Source: Azolla caroliniana
Lineage: Eukaryota; Plantae; Polypodiophyta
Assembly: GCA_043228905.1 (NCBI GenBank)
Contig: JBHGNT010000021.1
Span: 7,688,001 to 7,752,000 of the forward strand
Direction: 5' to 3'
DNA: 64,000 nucleotides
The notes under the pieces were generated by a model. The model was not told the origin of the DNA. It saw only the letters and a list, made by a program, of their open reading frames with translations, and ran no database searches. Of this stretch, positions 37,101-51,200 are shown piece after piece. Position 1 is the stretch's first letter. Every line of letters begins with the position of its first letter. The position numbers and the translations under genes were made by a program.

Positions 37101-38818
37101 CATGGAATAATAAGTGTTATTCACATTCCTTCCCTCCAAATCCTCCAATTGCTTCTTCATTCCTCCCCCTTGTTATGTGTTCTCTTCCCCCTCTTATTAG
37201 AGGATAAAAGATGGTCTACGTTGGAATAAAGTTAGTGGGTGTTTTTATTTTATTTTAGCGTGCACCTTGCTTTCTTTCTTACTTACATGCTCTCCTTTTT
37301 CCTTTTGATGCCTCATGCTTTTTTGTATGTTTGTTTTTTCCCCAAAAGATTTCCTTCATTAGTATTAAGAAAAGCGCCCGGCCGGAGGGCTAAAAAAATG
37401 TAAAATTAGAGAGCATTATATACAAAAGAAGTGGTAAGGGCAAGGACCAGGGGTGATGATATTTCCATAACGGTCCTTGAGAGGAGACTGTGAACAGAGG
37501 CAACTTCTTCCATAATTGCAATAATTTTTTCCTTTTCTTCAAAACAACCTCTGAAGAGCCTGGAATATTGTCATATTGCCCCCGCACAACCGCCAATAAG
37601 CACCCCCATAATTTCGGCAATATATCTTAGAGAAGGTGATGCTTTTTTGTTTGTTGCATTAAACTCTTAACTCAAAATATGTCTTTTCTATCATAGCTTC
37701 AATGCAATCATTCAACGTTTTTAATATTCCTATTTCAACTTATTTCCTCCTATGTGTGCTCCCCCCATTGCCCAACAGTGTAACTTTGTCATGGTCTTGG
37801 CTCCACTTGAAATATCGTGTTCCCTCACATATGGGTTATGCGCTTCATGCTTAAATATAATGTCTCGAGAATCATTCCACTACATGAATCATTAAAGGTT
37901 ATTGCCATGGATCTTTAGGGAGCTTTCTTATTTTTTTTCTTTCAAAATGGATCATATGAATTCATTAACACATGTAATCATGATTTGTCTCATAGGCCGA
38001 ATTCGGCCTCTAATAGACATCTTTCTACCTCGCCTTTCTCCATTGAGACACACAACCTACAATCTAAATATGGTAGCACTAGTTGAGCTACAAAAACTCT
38101 GAATCATACCTCGTAGATGCAATCAAAACAAAATGTGTTATTAGTTGCAATTACTAATAGAAGACTTTTTTGCAAGCCTAAGCCAACTTAATTACTTGCT
38201 TATATATAAGGACTTAAACTTCTATATCAAGGAAATTTGACTCATAGCTTATATAATAATTTTGCACAAAAAATAGAAATGTAACATATTTACAAATTAT
38301 GTTAATATGGTGGATTGGTAGATTAATGGGTCACCAATCTTTTAAGTGCTACTGCAAGAGAACCCGCTCAGATCCTCAATTTTTACCTTCATGGTAGATA
38401 AATCAAATCACCAAACTGAATTAGTTAAAAAGATGCGAGATGCATTACAAGATATATGGATGGATGGATCGAAAAGTAATTTCTCCTGTAATTGAAATCT
38501 TGGTGTAGATTAAAGTGAGTGAGTTAATTACACAAAGTGTGCGCAAGGGCCCAAAGTGAACAAACAATCTGTATATGGGGGTCCTTTTTGAATGATCATG
38601 TGGCTTTATTAATTAAAAGCGTTAGTTTTTATTTCTTTAAGATTTGCTTCTGACAAGGGGTCCAATTTGTGAAGGATGATGCAGTGACATTTTTCCTGTG
38701 GATCCAATTGAAAAAACAAAAAGCAAGCAAAAGATCTTGCTTTTCCATGCTTCTTCTTCTTCTTCAGATTCTTCTTCTTTCTTTGTTGGCGGCCACTGAG
38801 ACAGAGACTAGATTTATG

Positions 38819-41800
38819 TCATGATGAGGAAGAAGGGGAGGAATTAGTTTGCTCCAATTCATCATCATTAGTGAAGCCAGAGAAACGCCTGGAGTATAAA
38901 TTAGGGTTTACTACATGGTGCTGGTGTTGTTGGCTCCTCATCCCATTATTCGATCCATTACTAGCAATGCTGCATGAGCGCATCATATTACTGCTGTTAA
39001 TCGCGGTCCGATTTGACTTACCACAATGATCCGATGAAGAAGATCGGCCGCTGCGATTCCCGTTGAAATTGCCTCGTGCAGATCTCATGACATTCAGTTC
39101 ATCCGATCGATGGCTTTGCGGATTGGTATAATTCATGTAATTACTGTAAATCATGCCATTGATCGAGGAGCTCAATGACGTCGGTTCGATCTGAGCGTGA
39201 TCAATGATCACGTCTCCTTCTAATATCCGTAGCACCTGCGCATAGATCACATTTTATAATTTACTGCGTCAATCATCATCATCATCGCCAGTAATGATTC
39301 GTATTCTTAATCATGGTTTTCATCAGTAGATTTGTTGATATATCTCTGATAATTATTAATTTAGAGGGGCAAAAAGCATGGAATGATTTCTTGCTTCCTA
39401 GTAGCAGTAAAAAGAAAAAAGGAAAATGAACCCTAAAAGAAACTGGAGACATTTGGTTGGATCCATGGCATTAGGGTTTTTTTATTTTTAGAGGGGGGCA
39501 AAAGGCATGGAATGATTTCTTGCTTCCTAGTTTAGCAGTAAAAAGAAAAAAAACCCTAAAAGAAACTGGTGACATTTGGTTGGATCCATGGCATTAGGGT
39601 TTTTTTAGAGGGGGGCAAAAAGGCATGGAATGATTTCTTGCTTCCTAGTTTAGCAGTAAACAGAAAAAAGAAACCCTAAAAGAAACTGGAGACATTTGGT
39701 TGGATCCATGGCATTAGGGTTTTATTATTTTTAGAGGGGGGGCAAAAAGGCATGGAATGATTTCTTGCTTCCGAGTAGCAGTAAAAAGAAAGAAACCCTA
39801 AAAGAAGGTGGATCCATGGCATTAGGGTTTACCTGCGACATTCTGGGGCGCAGGTGTGGGTCCTTGCGGATGCAGAGAGATGCGGCGTGCAGAGTGCAGT
39901 AGATCTGGTCATCTTCGTATAGCTCGTGGGAGCTCCCCAGGCGGGGATCCAGCAGCTGCTGCAGAGCTCGATCTGAATTATAGTTACCATCTCCTCGCCC
40001 TAATTCTTCGAGCAATGGCCGTGCCTAGAGTTCCAATCCCAACATTTTTTTTAATGGAGAGATTTGTAACCAGATTACAGAAAAAGAAAACAAAGAATTC
40101 ATCGATCTTGTGCAGTAAACTGATGATACAAACAAAAAAAAAAAAACAACAGTTCGTCGAATCCATCGATTCTGTGCAGAAAAACAGATAGATCTACAAA
40201 TGTGGGAGAAATTATAAATTTCTCTTTTGTAATCAGATTAGTACACCAAAAAAGAAAACATGAATCCATCGATTTTGTGCAGTAAACTGATGATACAAAC
40301 ATAAAAACAACAGTTCGTCGAATCCATCGATTCTGTGCAGAAAAACTGATGATCTACAGATGTCAGAGAAATTTAAAGAATTTCTTTTGTACCCATTCTG
40401 TGAGGCATTGTTGGCCTTTGGATCGAGCTATGTCTACTGCTTTCCGCCCCGTCACGATCTCAAGAAGCACTACACCGAACGAGTAGACGTCTGCCTTCTC
40501 TGTGATTTCGCCGCTCTGCGCATACTCAGGGGCTAGGTACCTGCAATCAATTCAAATGCATATACATATATACTAGAATCATCATCATCATCATCATCGC
40601 GGTGTCAGTAATTGATCTATATATATATATATATATATTGCAACAGATCGATCTACATATATAGGAATGAAATCGTTTGCAGCATTTGATACGAGACTAA
40701 ATGCATCATCAATCACCATAGATAGATCCAGAACTTCCAATTTTCTATATTCAACAGACCGATCTGGAATGAATCGTTGCACATATAATACGACTAAATG
40801 CATCAATCACCATAGATCCAGTAATTCTATGATTCTCCTAACCGAAAGATTGCCAGAGAATTGTTGCATATACATAATACGAAGTAAATGCATCATCAGA
40901 GAATCCAGTAACTCTATCTGGAACAGACAGATCTGGAATTGATTCTTACGGTTTTTTTTTTTTGCATCATCAGAGATCCACTAACTCTATATCGAACAGA
41001 CAGATCTAGAATTGATTCTTACAAATATACGATTAAATGCATCATCAGAGATCCAGTAAATTTCTACACTGACCCATTTTGAAGATCATATTCATCATCA
41101 ACACTAGTAAAGTTTTGAATTCATATTCTGCATACCCAAATGTCCCTATCACTCGAGTCTGCACGCCCAAATCGCCATCGGGTTGCCATCTCGCCAATCC
41201 AAAATCACCCACCTGTTCCCGAATTAACCGGAACATTAACCTCGATTAATTGAACCTAAACATGCACCGGGAGCATTATAATCACGAGATGATTATTATT
41301 AATTATACCATCGGCTCATAATCGTGTGTCAGAAGAATGTTGTTGGGCCTCATGTCGCGATGGATGATGCATCCGACACGGCATTCTTCGTGCAGATAGC
41401 GGAGGCCGCGGGCCGCACCAACTGCCACTTTCCGTCTCGCCGACCATGCCAGAGGCGGCCGCTCTCTACCTGCAATATACAATATATATATATATAGTGT
41501 GTAAATTTCATGGACAAAACATTTAAAGATGTGCTGTGCATTCCTCTGTGTCAACTAATCAGAGCAAAGATTAAGGGGCACCCTGTATCTGCTTAGTTGT
41601 AAATTAAGGGCAAGCAAATGGGTGTAATTAGGGGCATTTTTGCGATTAATCAGAGCAAAGATTAAAGGGCATCATGGATCTGATTACTTGTAAATTAAGG
41701 GGAAAGAAGGTGTAATTACGCATTTTCGCGATTAATCAGAGCAAAAATTTAAAGGGCACCATGGATCAGAGCAAAGATTAAGGGGCACCATAGATCTGCT

Positions 41801-44800
41801 TAGTTGTAATTATAAGGGCAAGCAAACAGGTGGGTAATTAAGGGCAATTTGCGCGATTAATCAGAGCAAAGATTAAAGGGCACCATGGATCAGAGCAAAG
41901 ATTAAGGGGAAGGCACCATGGATCTGCTTAGTTGTAATTATAAGGGCAAGCAAACAGGTAGGTAATTAAGGGCAATTTGCACGATTAATCAGAGGAAAGA
42001 TTAAAGGGAACCATAGATCAGAGCAAAGATTAAGGGACAGGCACCATAAATGTCTGAAGGGCATAAAATTGGGGCGATTATTATTGTTACCATAGAGATG
42101 CGACTCTAACGATCCGTTGCAGATGAACTCGTAGACGAGGAGGCGCTTCGTGTCTTCGATGCAGTAGCCAATGAGCATGACGACATTGCGGTGCTGGGCG
42201 CAGCTGAGCACGTCGACCTCGGAGCAGAACTCGATGTCGCCTTGAGAGCTCGCGGGGCCTCGGTGCTGCTTCACGGCCACGGCCTGGCCATCGGGGAGGA
42301 GGCCACGGTGGACCGACCCGAACCCTCCCTCCGCCAGGAAGTTGACCTTGGAGAAGCCCGCGGTGGCGAGCTCGAGCTCCCGGTACAAGAAGCGGCGCGG
42401 GGGTTTCCCGAACACGGGTGACTTGTGCTGGCATATCGAGCAGAGCGGGGGCGGCCCTGGGGGAGACCGTATGCGCTCGTGGGCCGCCTCCTCCATCTCC
42501 GCTCCTCCCCCGCTTCTCCTCCTCCTCCTCCTCCTCCTTGTAGTAGTAGTAGAACCCCCGCAAGCTTCCGACATTGCCCGCCTCACGCTCGATGTCCTCT
42601 CGAATTCATCTCCGCCGTCTCCGCGATCGTCGGCCACCACCGCCTCCTCATCGTAGCAGGAAACCGCCCAATTCATGCCTCGCGGTGTGAATACCTTCGA
42701 TTCTTTCCTCTCCATCTGAATCGACTTCTTCCTCTGAATCATCGACGACAATGAAGGCGATGATGATAATGATAATGCTGCTGCTGCTGCTGCTGCTGCT
42801 ACTGTGGCCTGATGATCCCATTCCGAGAACTTCTGCAGAAGCTCCCGTGTCGTAACACCGCCGCCGCCGGTGGTGGTGGTGGTGGTGGTCATGGGGAGCT
42901 CAGAAACGGGCAATTCAGCTCCGCCGCCGGAGGTACTAGAGAGATTCTTATGGGCGGGCGCAGGAAGCGTGCATTTCACGATGTCCGGGCGGAGGAGGAC
43001 TCGGCGGCGGCTCCGGCTCCCGGAAGCCGTGGCGGCCGGCTTACAGAAGCTGCTCATGACTGCATTGAAGTGTGAGGAGGTGGGGCTAGATGCGGCGGCC
43101 GATTTGCGTGGGGATGGCTGATCGGCACCCGATACTCCATGGGTCCGGGTCCGGGTCCGGGTTCGACTCGGGCTCGGGCTCGGACTCGGGGGGATGATGA
43201 GCCGAGCAGTATTATTATTGCTGAGATGATGGAGCAGAGAAATGGGTGGTGGTGATGGCGATGGCGATGGGGGCTTTATGTGGGCGATATGGAGATCTGC
43301 AAGCTCTGCAGTGGATCTAGAGATGATGGACATGGTAGTAGTAGCAGGTAATTTGGATGGCCCTGATGATGATGATGATGATGCAGAAGTGTAATTTCTA
43401 GCATTCACCATAGCTGCTGTACTACTTGATTCCTGTTTGTACGGATGGTCATGAATCTGATTATGATGATGATTCGAGCTACTACTTTGAAGGGGCAGCG
43501 ATGGCGAGCTCGAAGCCATGAGATCAAATACATCTGCAGGCCTCCATGCCTCCTCATCATCTTCTTCATCAGATTCTTCTTCTTCTTCATCTTCTTCAGA
43601 TTCGTGAGATTCTGATGATCTGAACATTTTGATGATCGTAGATGACTCTGTTGAACCCCATTTTGAAAGCATGGAGAGCACACACATTATGTAATATGAT
43701 TAGCTTCTTTTTTTCTTAATCTGCAGAATTCGGCAAGAAAAAAGAAAGATTAGGAACTAGTAATTTGTCAGGCAATTATATGTTATACCCTCGCTGTAAG
43801 GATTGTCCCCCTTCTTTGGCTGACACTTGATTCCATCGCTGTCTGTTTTAGTTACGCGATCAATCATCATCCGATTCGCTGCAGAACCAGTCCAAAAATC
43901 CTCCATTTCTGGCTTCTTGATCTGATCTTTGGCTCCTGTTGTATCCGGACTGATGGAGGGGGTGCTCGATGCAGGTGTGCAAGGAAGTCCAGATTTCGGC
44001 AGCTCAGACGAATGATTCGAGAGCTCCATCCCTGATCACATGATGAATGAACATGCTTTTAATTGGAATTAACACCACTGATTAGAGGAAGAAATCCTAG
44101 AATTGAATTTCTAAAGGTCCGATCAGAGATTGAGTACTAATTGTAGAAGATTAATTATTAAGTACCTGTTAATTCACTACCAGTAGTAGCTGCACAATTA
44201 TCCTCCTCCTCCTCCTCATCATCATCATTACCATTAAGGTTAATTATGTAGCCATAGCTCTGATCACTATGCAGGCTGTCATCAGCCTTAACACTATAGA
44301 TTAAGCGCTCCATTACATGGGCGGGTTCCATGTCATTAGCATCAGTGGCAGAAGATGTCTGTTGAGGATTACATTCACTAACAAGTTGCATGGAGTTATT
44401 AGGCACAGGAATGAATGGGGGGTGCCGCTGCCTATGGATTGGGGCTCGTTTACTGGAAGATGATGATGAAGAAGAAGATGATGAGGAGGAGGAGGAGGAG
44501 GAGGGATCATGCAGGTGCCCCAAACTGTAATGAGGATTATGAGGATGATTATGATAATGAGGATGAGTATGAATATGATTATGAGGATGATTATGAGTAT
44601 GAGGATGAGGATGATTATGATTATGGGGATGATTATGATTATGATTATGATTATGAGGATGATGATGAGGATGATTATGATTATGATTATGCAAGGGACT
44701 TCCATTGTGATCAATCAGAGGATCATGTCCATCCTTGGATTGATTATGATTAGGAGGAGGATCGAAGCTATGGTTATAGATGTGATGGATGGGGGATATG

Positions 44801-46452
44801 GTGGTGATGCTGCCATGGCAGTGATGATCATTATTAGCAGGTGGATTAATGGAATCCTGAGATTTGGAATGGCGCGATAATTGATGATTATGAGGATCAT
44901 TAGCGAGATTGAGGCGGAGGATCTTGCAGGAGCTCGCCATCGCCATGGATTGCTTCACCATCACCACATTACAGCGCAGCCTCTCCACGCACGCCTTCCC
45001 TTCTCTGCTCTTCATCACATGCCTATGGATCGCCCAAACTTAGCAGACAAAACAAAATCGAAGCTTATTTTTACTCTCTAATCAGAGCCCTAATCAGATG
45101 CAGCTTCGGCGTTAATCACCTGTCTAACACCACCCAAGCGGCGCCAATCCGCTCACATTCCGTCGCCATCGCTCCCTTCTCGCACTCTGATATCACCTTA
45201 ACGCGCACATTAGCCTGCCACAGACAGATTAATACCACCCTAAATCATCCTCTAATCAAGATCACCAGTGGCTAATCACCCCCCTAATCAAAGCGCTCTG
45301 TAATAAATAAATAAATTACATTAGCCTGTCACAGACAGATTAATACCACCCTAAATCATCCTCTAATCAAGATCACCAGTGGCTAATCACCCCCCCTAAT
45401 CAAAGCGCTCTGTAATAAATAAATAAATTACATTAGCCTGCCACAGACAGATTAATACCACCCTAAATCATCGTCTAATCAAGATCACTAGTGGCTAATC
45501 ACCCCCCTAATCAAATAATAAGTTAATTAATTACCTTCTTTGCATCGCAGAGAGCGTGCAGCTCTTCCATCATCGAGGAGCAGCAATCGCTGATCTCTTC
45601 CTCTAAATCCTCGTCGATCACATGATTCATCTCTCCGCCGATCAATCTCCTCCTCTGCAGGATCTTCCCCGTCCGCCTTGCACACTCGCCAGAAAACAGA
45701 ACAGAAGGCAAGCTCCATAGCCTAGATCGAGCTAAACAAGAAACCGAAAGCTTTAGCTAAATTAGCCTCAACAAAATGAAATGGATTTGAATTGAATTGA
45801 TTTGATTTGATTTGAATTGAATTGAATTGAAAGCCTTTTTTTTGGGATCGACTGTTAATTTGGGCTGAAATAATCCAGCATGATTTTAGGGGTGATTAGG
45901 GCTAAATTACATGGCCATAATGCTATGAGGGTGATGGAATCTCCTCGCTGGACCACATTAGAGAGCGCCCATTGAAGCGCATTCTTGTTAAGCTTGATTG
46001 CATTGACAGCCACCGCGATGACTGATTTGTCTGCACAATTCAGCATCAAATTCCTCACCATCAAATGTCACAGATTACAAACCCTTCACTCCATAATCCC
46101 CATCTCTGAATAAATAAATGTGATTGTGTTCATGATGATTATTGTGGATGCAATGGTGAGCCAAGTTAATCTCTCTGTAATTAGCTAAGCATTAAGAGGT
46201 AAATTTACTCTGATATGCATGGCCCATCTCGCTAATGATCCTGCGGTCATCATCATCATCGGAGCCATGGTGATCCTGAACCAAATCGAGGCCTTCTTTC
46301 TGGCGAATGCATTCGTGGATTACTTCGATATGGCGTGATGGATAATAAATATCCTCCTCATTATCATCATCATCATCATCATCATTATTACTGTTGATCG
46401 GCGATTTTGCTAATAATTGCTGCCTTGCCATGGCTTTAATGGAACCCATCAT
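38819..46452 (-). CDS. USP-like-domain receptor-like cytoplasmic protein kinase (HRDMRPNN subfamily, SELMODRAFT_444075-like), 12 exons, ~1435 aa
   Basis: Exons 46452-46209, 46030-45911, 45731-45535, 45214-45120, 45022-44166, 44031-43789, 43647-42091, 41469-41309, 41212-41136, 40540-40393, 40024-39833, 39235-38819; GT-AG, total 4308 nt in frame. USP-like [18 protein letters not shown] and WVVLDR; [19 protein letters not shown]; [40 protein letters not shown]. The first exon and the exon 7 acceptor are less certain. Confidence 0.9.
39360..39830. repeat. 4 x ~120-bp tandem repeat in the last kinase intron
   Basis: GAGGGGGCAAAAGGCATGGAATGATTTCTTGCTTCC...GGATCCATGGCATTAGGGTTT occurs four times. 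Confidence 0.92.
41555..42050. repeat. Compound tandem repeat in a kinase intron
   Basis: Recurrent ATCAGAGCAAAGATTAA(A)GGGCACCATGGATC and TTAGTTGTAATTATAAGGGCAAGCAAA modules. Confidence 0.88.
45207..45515. repeat. 3 x ~111-bp tandem repeat that includes the splice acceptor
   Basis: ACATTAGCCTG(C/T)CACAGACAGATTAATACCACCC starts at 45207, 45318 and 45430. Confidence 0.93.
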
Positions 46453-47201
46453 TCACTCTAATTTCATAATTTGTGGCTAGTTACTGCCAACTGGTTACGG
46501 CTCTTAGATTTTGGATTTGATTATTAAACCCGATCATACCTCAGATCAATCATCAGCAGTACAGATTCATTCTATTAAAACAAGTGATCATTTAAGTCAT
46601 TAAAACCGTGATTCCATCATTCATACAAAAAAGACTCACAATGATGCACTGTCAATTATTCAGAAAAAGGAAACAAATTTATTAATGGAGAGAATGGATC
46701 ATCCCATCATGGGACAGCTAAGAATAGATAGCTACCTACTGAATTAAAAAACACTTGATAAATTCTTCTTCCTATTATTATTTTTAACTAAATTATTGTA
46801 TAATATATTGTCTGTCTTGACTGTAGACTGATTGATCCATCCATCCTGATTCCTGGGTCTGATTCTGAGTTTCTTTTCCAACAGTCCTTTCAATTCATTT
46901 GTACATATAATATATATATATATATATATGTGGATATATATATATATCACTATATGTATAAAGATTTCATGAATGATAGCTAGTGTTTAGATGGATAGGT
47001 GTTATGCAGATAGAATTAAATGCATTCTGTATGATGTATGGTCACGAGATAATAGGCTTTTTCCTTTGAGATGACAGGTCTATTTTTTGATCAAAATTAT
47101 ATCGACCGATTCCATTAGTCTCTAAGCAGAATGATTAGGCTCCCCCCCAATTAGTGCCTGATTAGTTCCTAATGATCGCCTGATTAATTTATAGCCCAAC
47201 A

Positions 47202-47223
47202 CCCCCCCCCCCCCCCCCCCCCC
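47202..47223 (+). repeat. poly-C tract
   Basis: Direct read. Confidence 0.9.
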
Positions 47224-48189
47224 TTACTAAGGCCACAGCTGATTTATTGAATTTTTACTAAACCCATCCTTTACCTAAAGCTAATAGCAGTGGAATTAGT
47301 GCTTGATTAGAGATTAGTTACCTGATTACGGGAAAATAGACTTTGCTTAATACATGATCTGTGGGTAATTAGCAGCACTAATGATATGAATAGCCATCAT
47401 GAGACTCGACGGTGTAATCTGAATTAGTTGGCAGTGCTTAAGTATCTCGTAACGAAGCATTTAATTAAAGGGGGCGGGAGAATGGGTCTTAATTATTATT
47501 ATTATTATTATCATCATCATCATCATCATCATCATTGTCGAATAATTTAAAGACCGCAGGACAAAATAATATAATCAAAGAATTTGCGAGCTCAAAGATT
47601 GATTGATGCAGAACAAGAGGAAAAGCAAAAAGCCTTTTCAGATTTAAACTCAAAGGGAAAGAAAGGGTTCCTAAATTATGTTTTAATTAATATATGTATG
47701 GTCTCTGTGTGTGTCTACAGAGAATCACATCAAGGAGTCAATCAGTCCATCAATCAATCAATGAATTATGAATAAATTAAAATAGGATGCATTGACAGGA
47801 TTTGAACCCATGATCACACCAAAAAACCTATTATGAAAACAAAACAGATACCCACTCCATTCTACATTAAAACCATTAAAATTTTCTTTGGTTTCAAACC
47901 ATTAAACATACATACAATATAAGGTTCCATCCAATCCACACCATTAGAAAAAGCTTTTTCTTTTTCATTTGTAATCTCATTATTTATTATGAGAGAGTGT
48001 CTTGACTCTTGAGTGATGGGCTTTTTAAACACTTGAATTAAGTCCTTGGATTTTGTCCCTTCTTATGTCTTCTTCCTCCATTTCTTTGACTTTCTCTTCA
48101 CTAATGTAAATTTAATCTTCTTTCTAGTGTGTGTATTCATCCCATCATATGCATGTAGGCTCTTCTTCTTCTTTTACACATACATTGCC

Positions 48190-48257
48190 CATACATACAT
48201 ACATACATACATACATACATACATACATACATACATACATACATACATACATACATC
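48190..48257. repeat. (ACAT)n microsatellite
   Basis: Direct read. Confidence 0.95.
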
Positions 48258-51200
48258 ATTCAATGTATTCACGTGCATGTGAACATTAATACTTGTCGAC
48301 CGGAACTACGTTGGTAATCCGTGACGGACTGATCCTTGACTTAACCAACTCATCGACCCAGGAGTATCAGGAATAACAACAAAGTAACACACACATGGTG
48401 CACACTGCCTAGATGCTGGCTGACTCTTATTATACCCTTTGGACCCAATCGGACACACACATTCGTGGGGTAAAGAAACCTCTAAGAAATGCGGAATGAA
48501 CACATTCACTCACTCTACCCATGCATCGCGCCCTGTGCTCTGCATTCATATCTGTCACCTTCATTGTCACCATCAACACACGTTACCTCTTCTCGTCATG
48601 GTCGAACACCTTGTTCGTGTCCATGTTGTGGTTGTAGTTAGTAGTTAGTAGTTAGTAGTTAGTAGTAGTAGTTAGTAGTTAGTAGTAGTAGTAGTTGGTA
48701 GGAGGAGTATCAATAGTTGTAGTTAGCAAGTAGTAGTAGTCAATCCTATTATTATAAGCATGGGGTTTTCTTTTATTGGTGTTGTTATGGGTGTGGATGA
48801 GACCATGTTGCATTCCATTATTCAATTTGGGTGAAACCTCTTGGTGCTTGGTGTCCTCAAATGTGTTTGATTTGTCCTGTGACCAACATCTTTCTGTCTC
48901 TCTCTGCACACACTTTATCATGAGACTCTCTTTCTGTCCACCCCCATTAACTCCCCCACCCCTTTAATATACATATTGCTTTCCTTTTCTACACTCACCA
49001 AAAAACAAAAGAAGAGCTAGCTTTCCCAACTCTTCTTGGTGTAGTTGTCCTAGGAAAAAAAACCTACCCTTTTATTCCATATTTTGTCTTTGTATCCCCA
49101 CTTGGTGTAACACCGGTGGTTGTGATAGTAGGTGGCTCTAGATCTCTACCCCCCCTCCATCACTAAGACAAGAAAAGGTCAACTTGAATAGTCCATCCGC
49201 ATGAACAAGCATCATCCACACAATATAGCATGCACATCTCGAATATCTCACAATACCTCTTTTTTTTACTCGATTCTGAGTGGATGTTTCGATTCTGTCG
49301 ATATCATTGAAGATATCTCATTGAGTTGTTCAACGGACGACAATCATCAAGTTTGGCAATATGCAGAAGTGTGTTTTGCCCCCACCCTTCCCTATGAAAT
49401 GTTTATATACGATGTAATGAAATCATAACCAACAAGCACACACATATAATTTTGAGAAATCATTATACATATGGAGTGGGTTAAGCACATGGGCCTAGTA
49501 AACTTTTTACCTCGAAGAGAGTCTCCTTACTACAAGATCGATTGATTACGGTATCTATTTGACATGCTTTGACATTGGATTTTGCGGCCTTAATTATTAG
49601 GTTTTTGACATTTAGAAGCTAATGTAGTCTATTATTTATTGAACGAGGATCACTTGGTTCAATACTAAATATTTTAGAATACTTATAACCATAAGCATAG
49701 TAAAACTTTATAAAGGTTTTAGTTTTTAGGTGGCATCTGCTCACACATGTACACAAACTCAATAAACGTTTTGGAGCTACAATTGTTGGCCTTTGTGCTG
49801 GATGAATCGTGTTCTTGAGGTTAATGCCCATATTCGCGAAGCGTGCATACATCCTTACTTATATGTACTTATACACACATCACTCACATAAGGACGAGCG
49901 TGCATGAATACCCATACACATAGCCCTCGAAACGCTACATTCGTGATGCTACCCTGATGAGATTCATGATGTTACCTATTGCTCAAAGTACAATGACTTC
50001 AACATTTGACATCATTGACCTTTGAATAATCCGACATTCAGAGAGTAATACCAAACAACGAACGATTGAAGCAAGGGATCATCCATCATATGACCATGTG
50101 AACTAGTGGGAGTTGGAACGTGAAGCACATTTATCCAAAATCTAGGCATGAATACAATATGTATACAAGTTCATGTTTATGGCTGAGGTTGTAGTGTCGC
50201 ATTTAAGAACTCCATAATGTTACAAAGTGTCAAGTTATATTAACGAACTACAATATCTCAACAAAACCTTTATACTTTCTTACCTTTTCCCCAAAATGGT
50301 TTTCGTCCATTTTAATACATAGATGTTTCAAAACCATTATTAAAGAGTGAGTTGTGTTTTATGTGACATGGACCTTTAGAGAAATTCGAAAGGTGAAAGG
50401 ACACTTGCCTTTAAGACTTGTAAATATACACGCTTCCATAAATAAAACTTGAATGTCCTTCAAAAACACCCACTATCAGAAGGAACATCGGAGATTGATC
50501 CATGAAAACTTATGCTAAAGTTGAAGTGGTGTTAAGGCATATTTGTGAATTAGAATCAAAAGGTTGCACAAGTCTAAAGGGGACGATCTATGCTCATTTA
50601 ATGCCATTTCTAACCTGGTTTTGTGCTCCTAAAATTGTGAGTGTAATGACAATATCATACGATGGGAAATTATGAGGTTGATAGCTCAAGGGGTTCACTG
50701 GATTTAGTTACAAACCACTCTCTCTTCCCACAAGGCATTGAAGATCCTAGTTCTAGACCCCCTTATATGATGCCCCTATGAAGTTTAAGATGGTGCAAAA
50801 TATAACTTTGAAATAACTTCTTTATCGAATCACATTATAGCCTTGCATACTTCATAGTGCCTTAGTGCGACTTATGTATACTTGTATGTCATCTCATCAT
50901 GGATTTTAATTTTAGGTACGGTCTCAATCATATCTTCTATTTTGAGGTGATTCTCATAAGAGTTTGAGGAACCTAATGGACCAAACGAAAACCATGTTTC
51001 AACAAGAACATAAGGTTGCACTATGAATGACTAATGTTGTAGACTTTCCATTCAAGATTCTCTAAAAAACTAAGACAACATCTCAATTTGTTTTGTATTT
51101 TGAAAACATATTGTTTTTAATGCATATCCTATTTTCAAATCACTCCATATATCATTATTTTTTATAGCATAGAAGTTATTTTCTTTAAAGCCTTTTTCAA

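Noticed and set aside
42087-43121. Several overlapping ORFs in the GC-rich kinase exon
   Set aside because: Stop-poor shadow frames of a GC-rich coding exon.
44313-44880. Poly-Ile, Met-Ile and Asp-Tyr ORFs overlapping the kinase
   Set aside because: Alternative-frame and antisense shadows of the His/Asn/Pro repeat.
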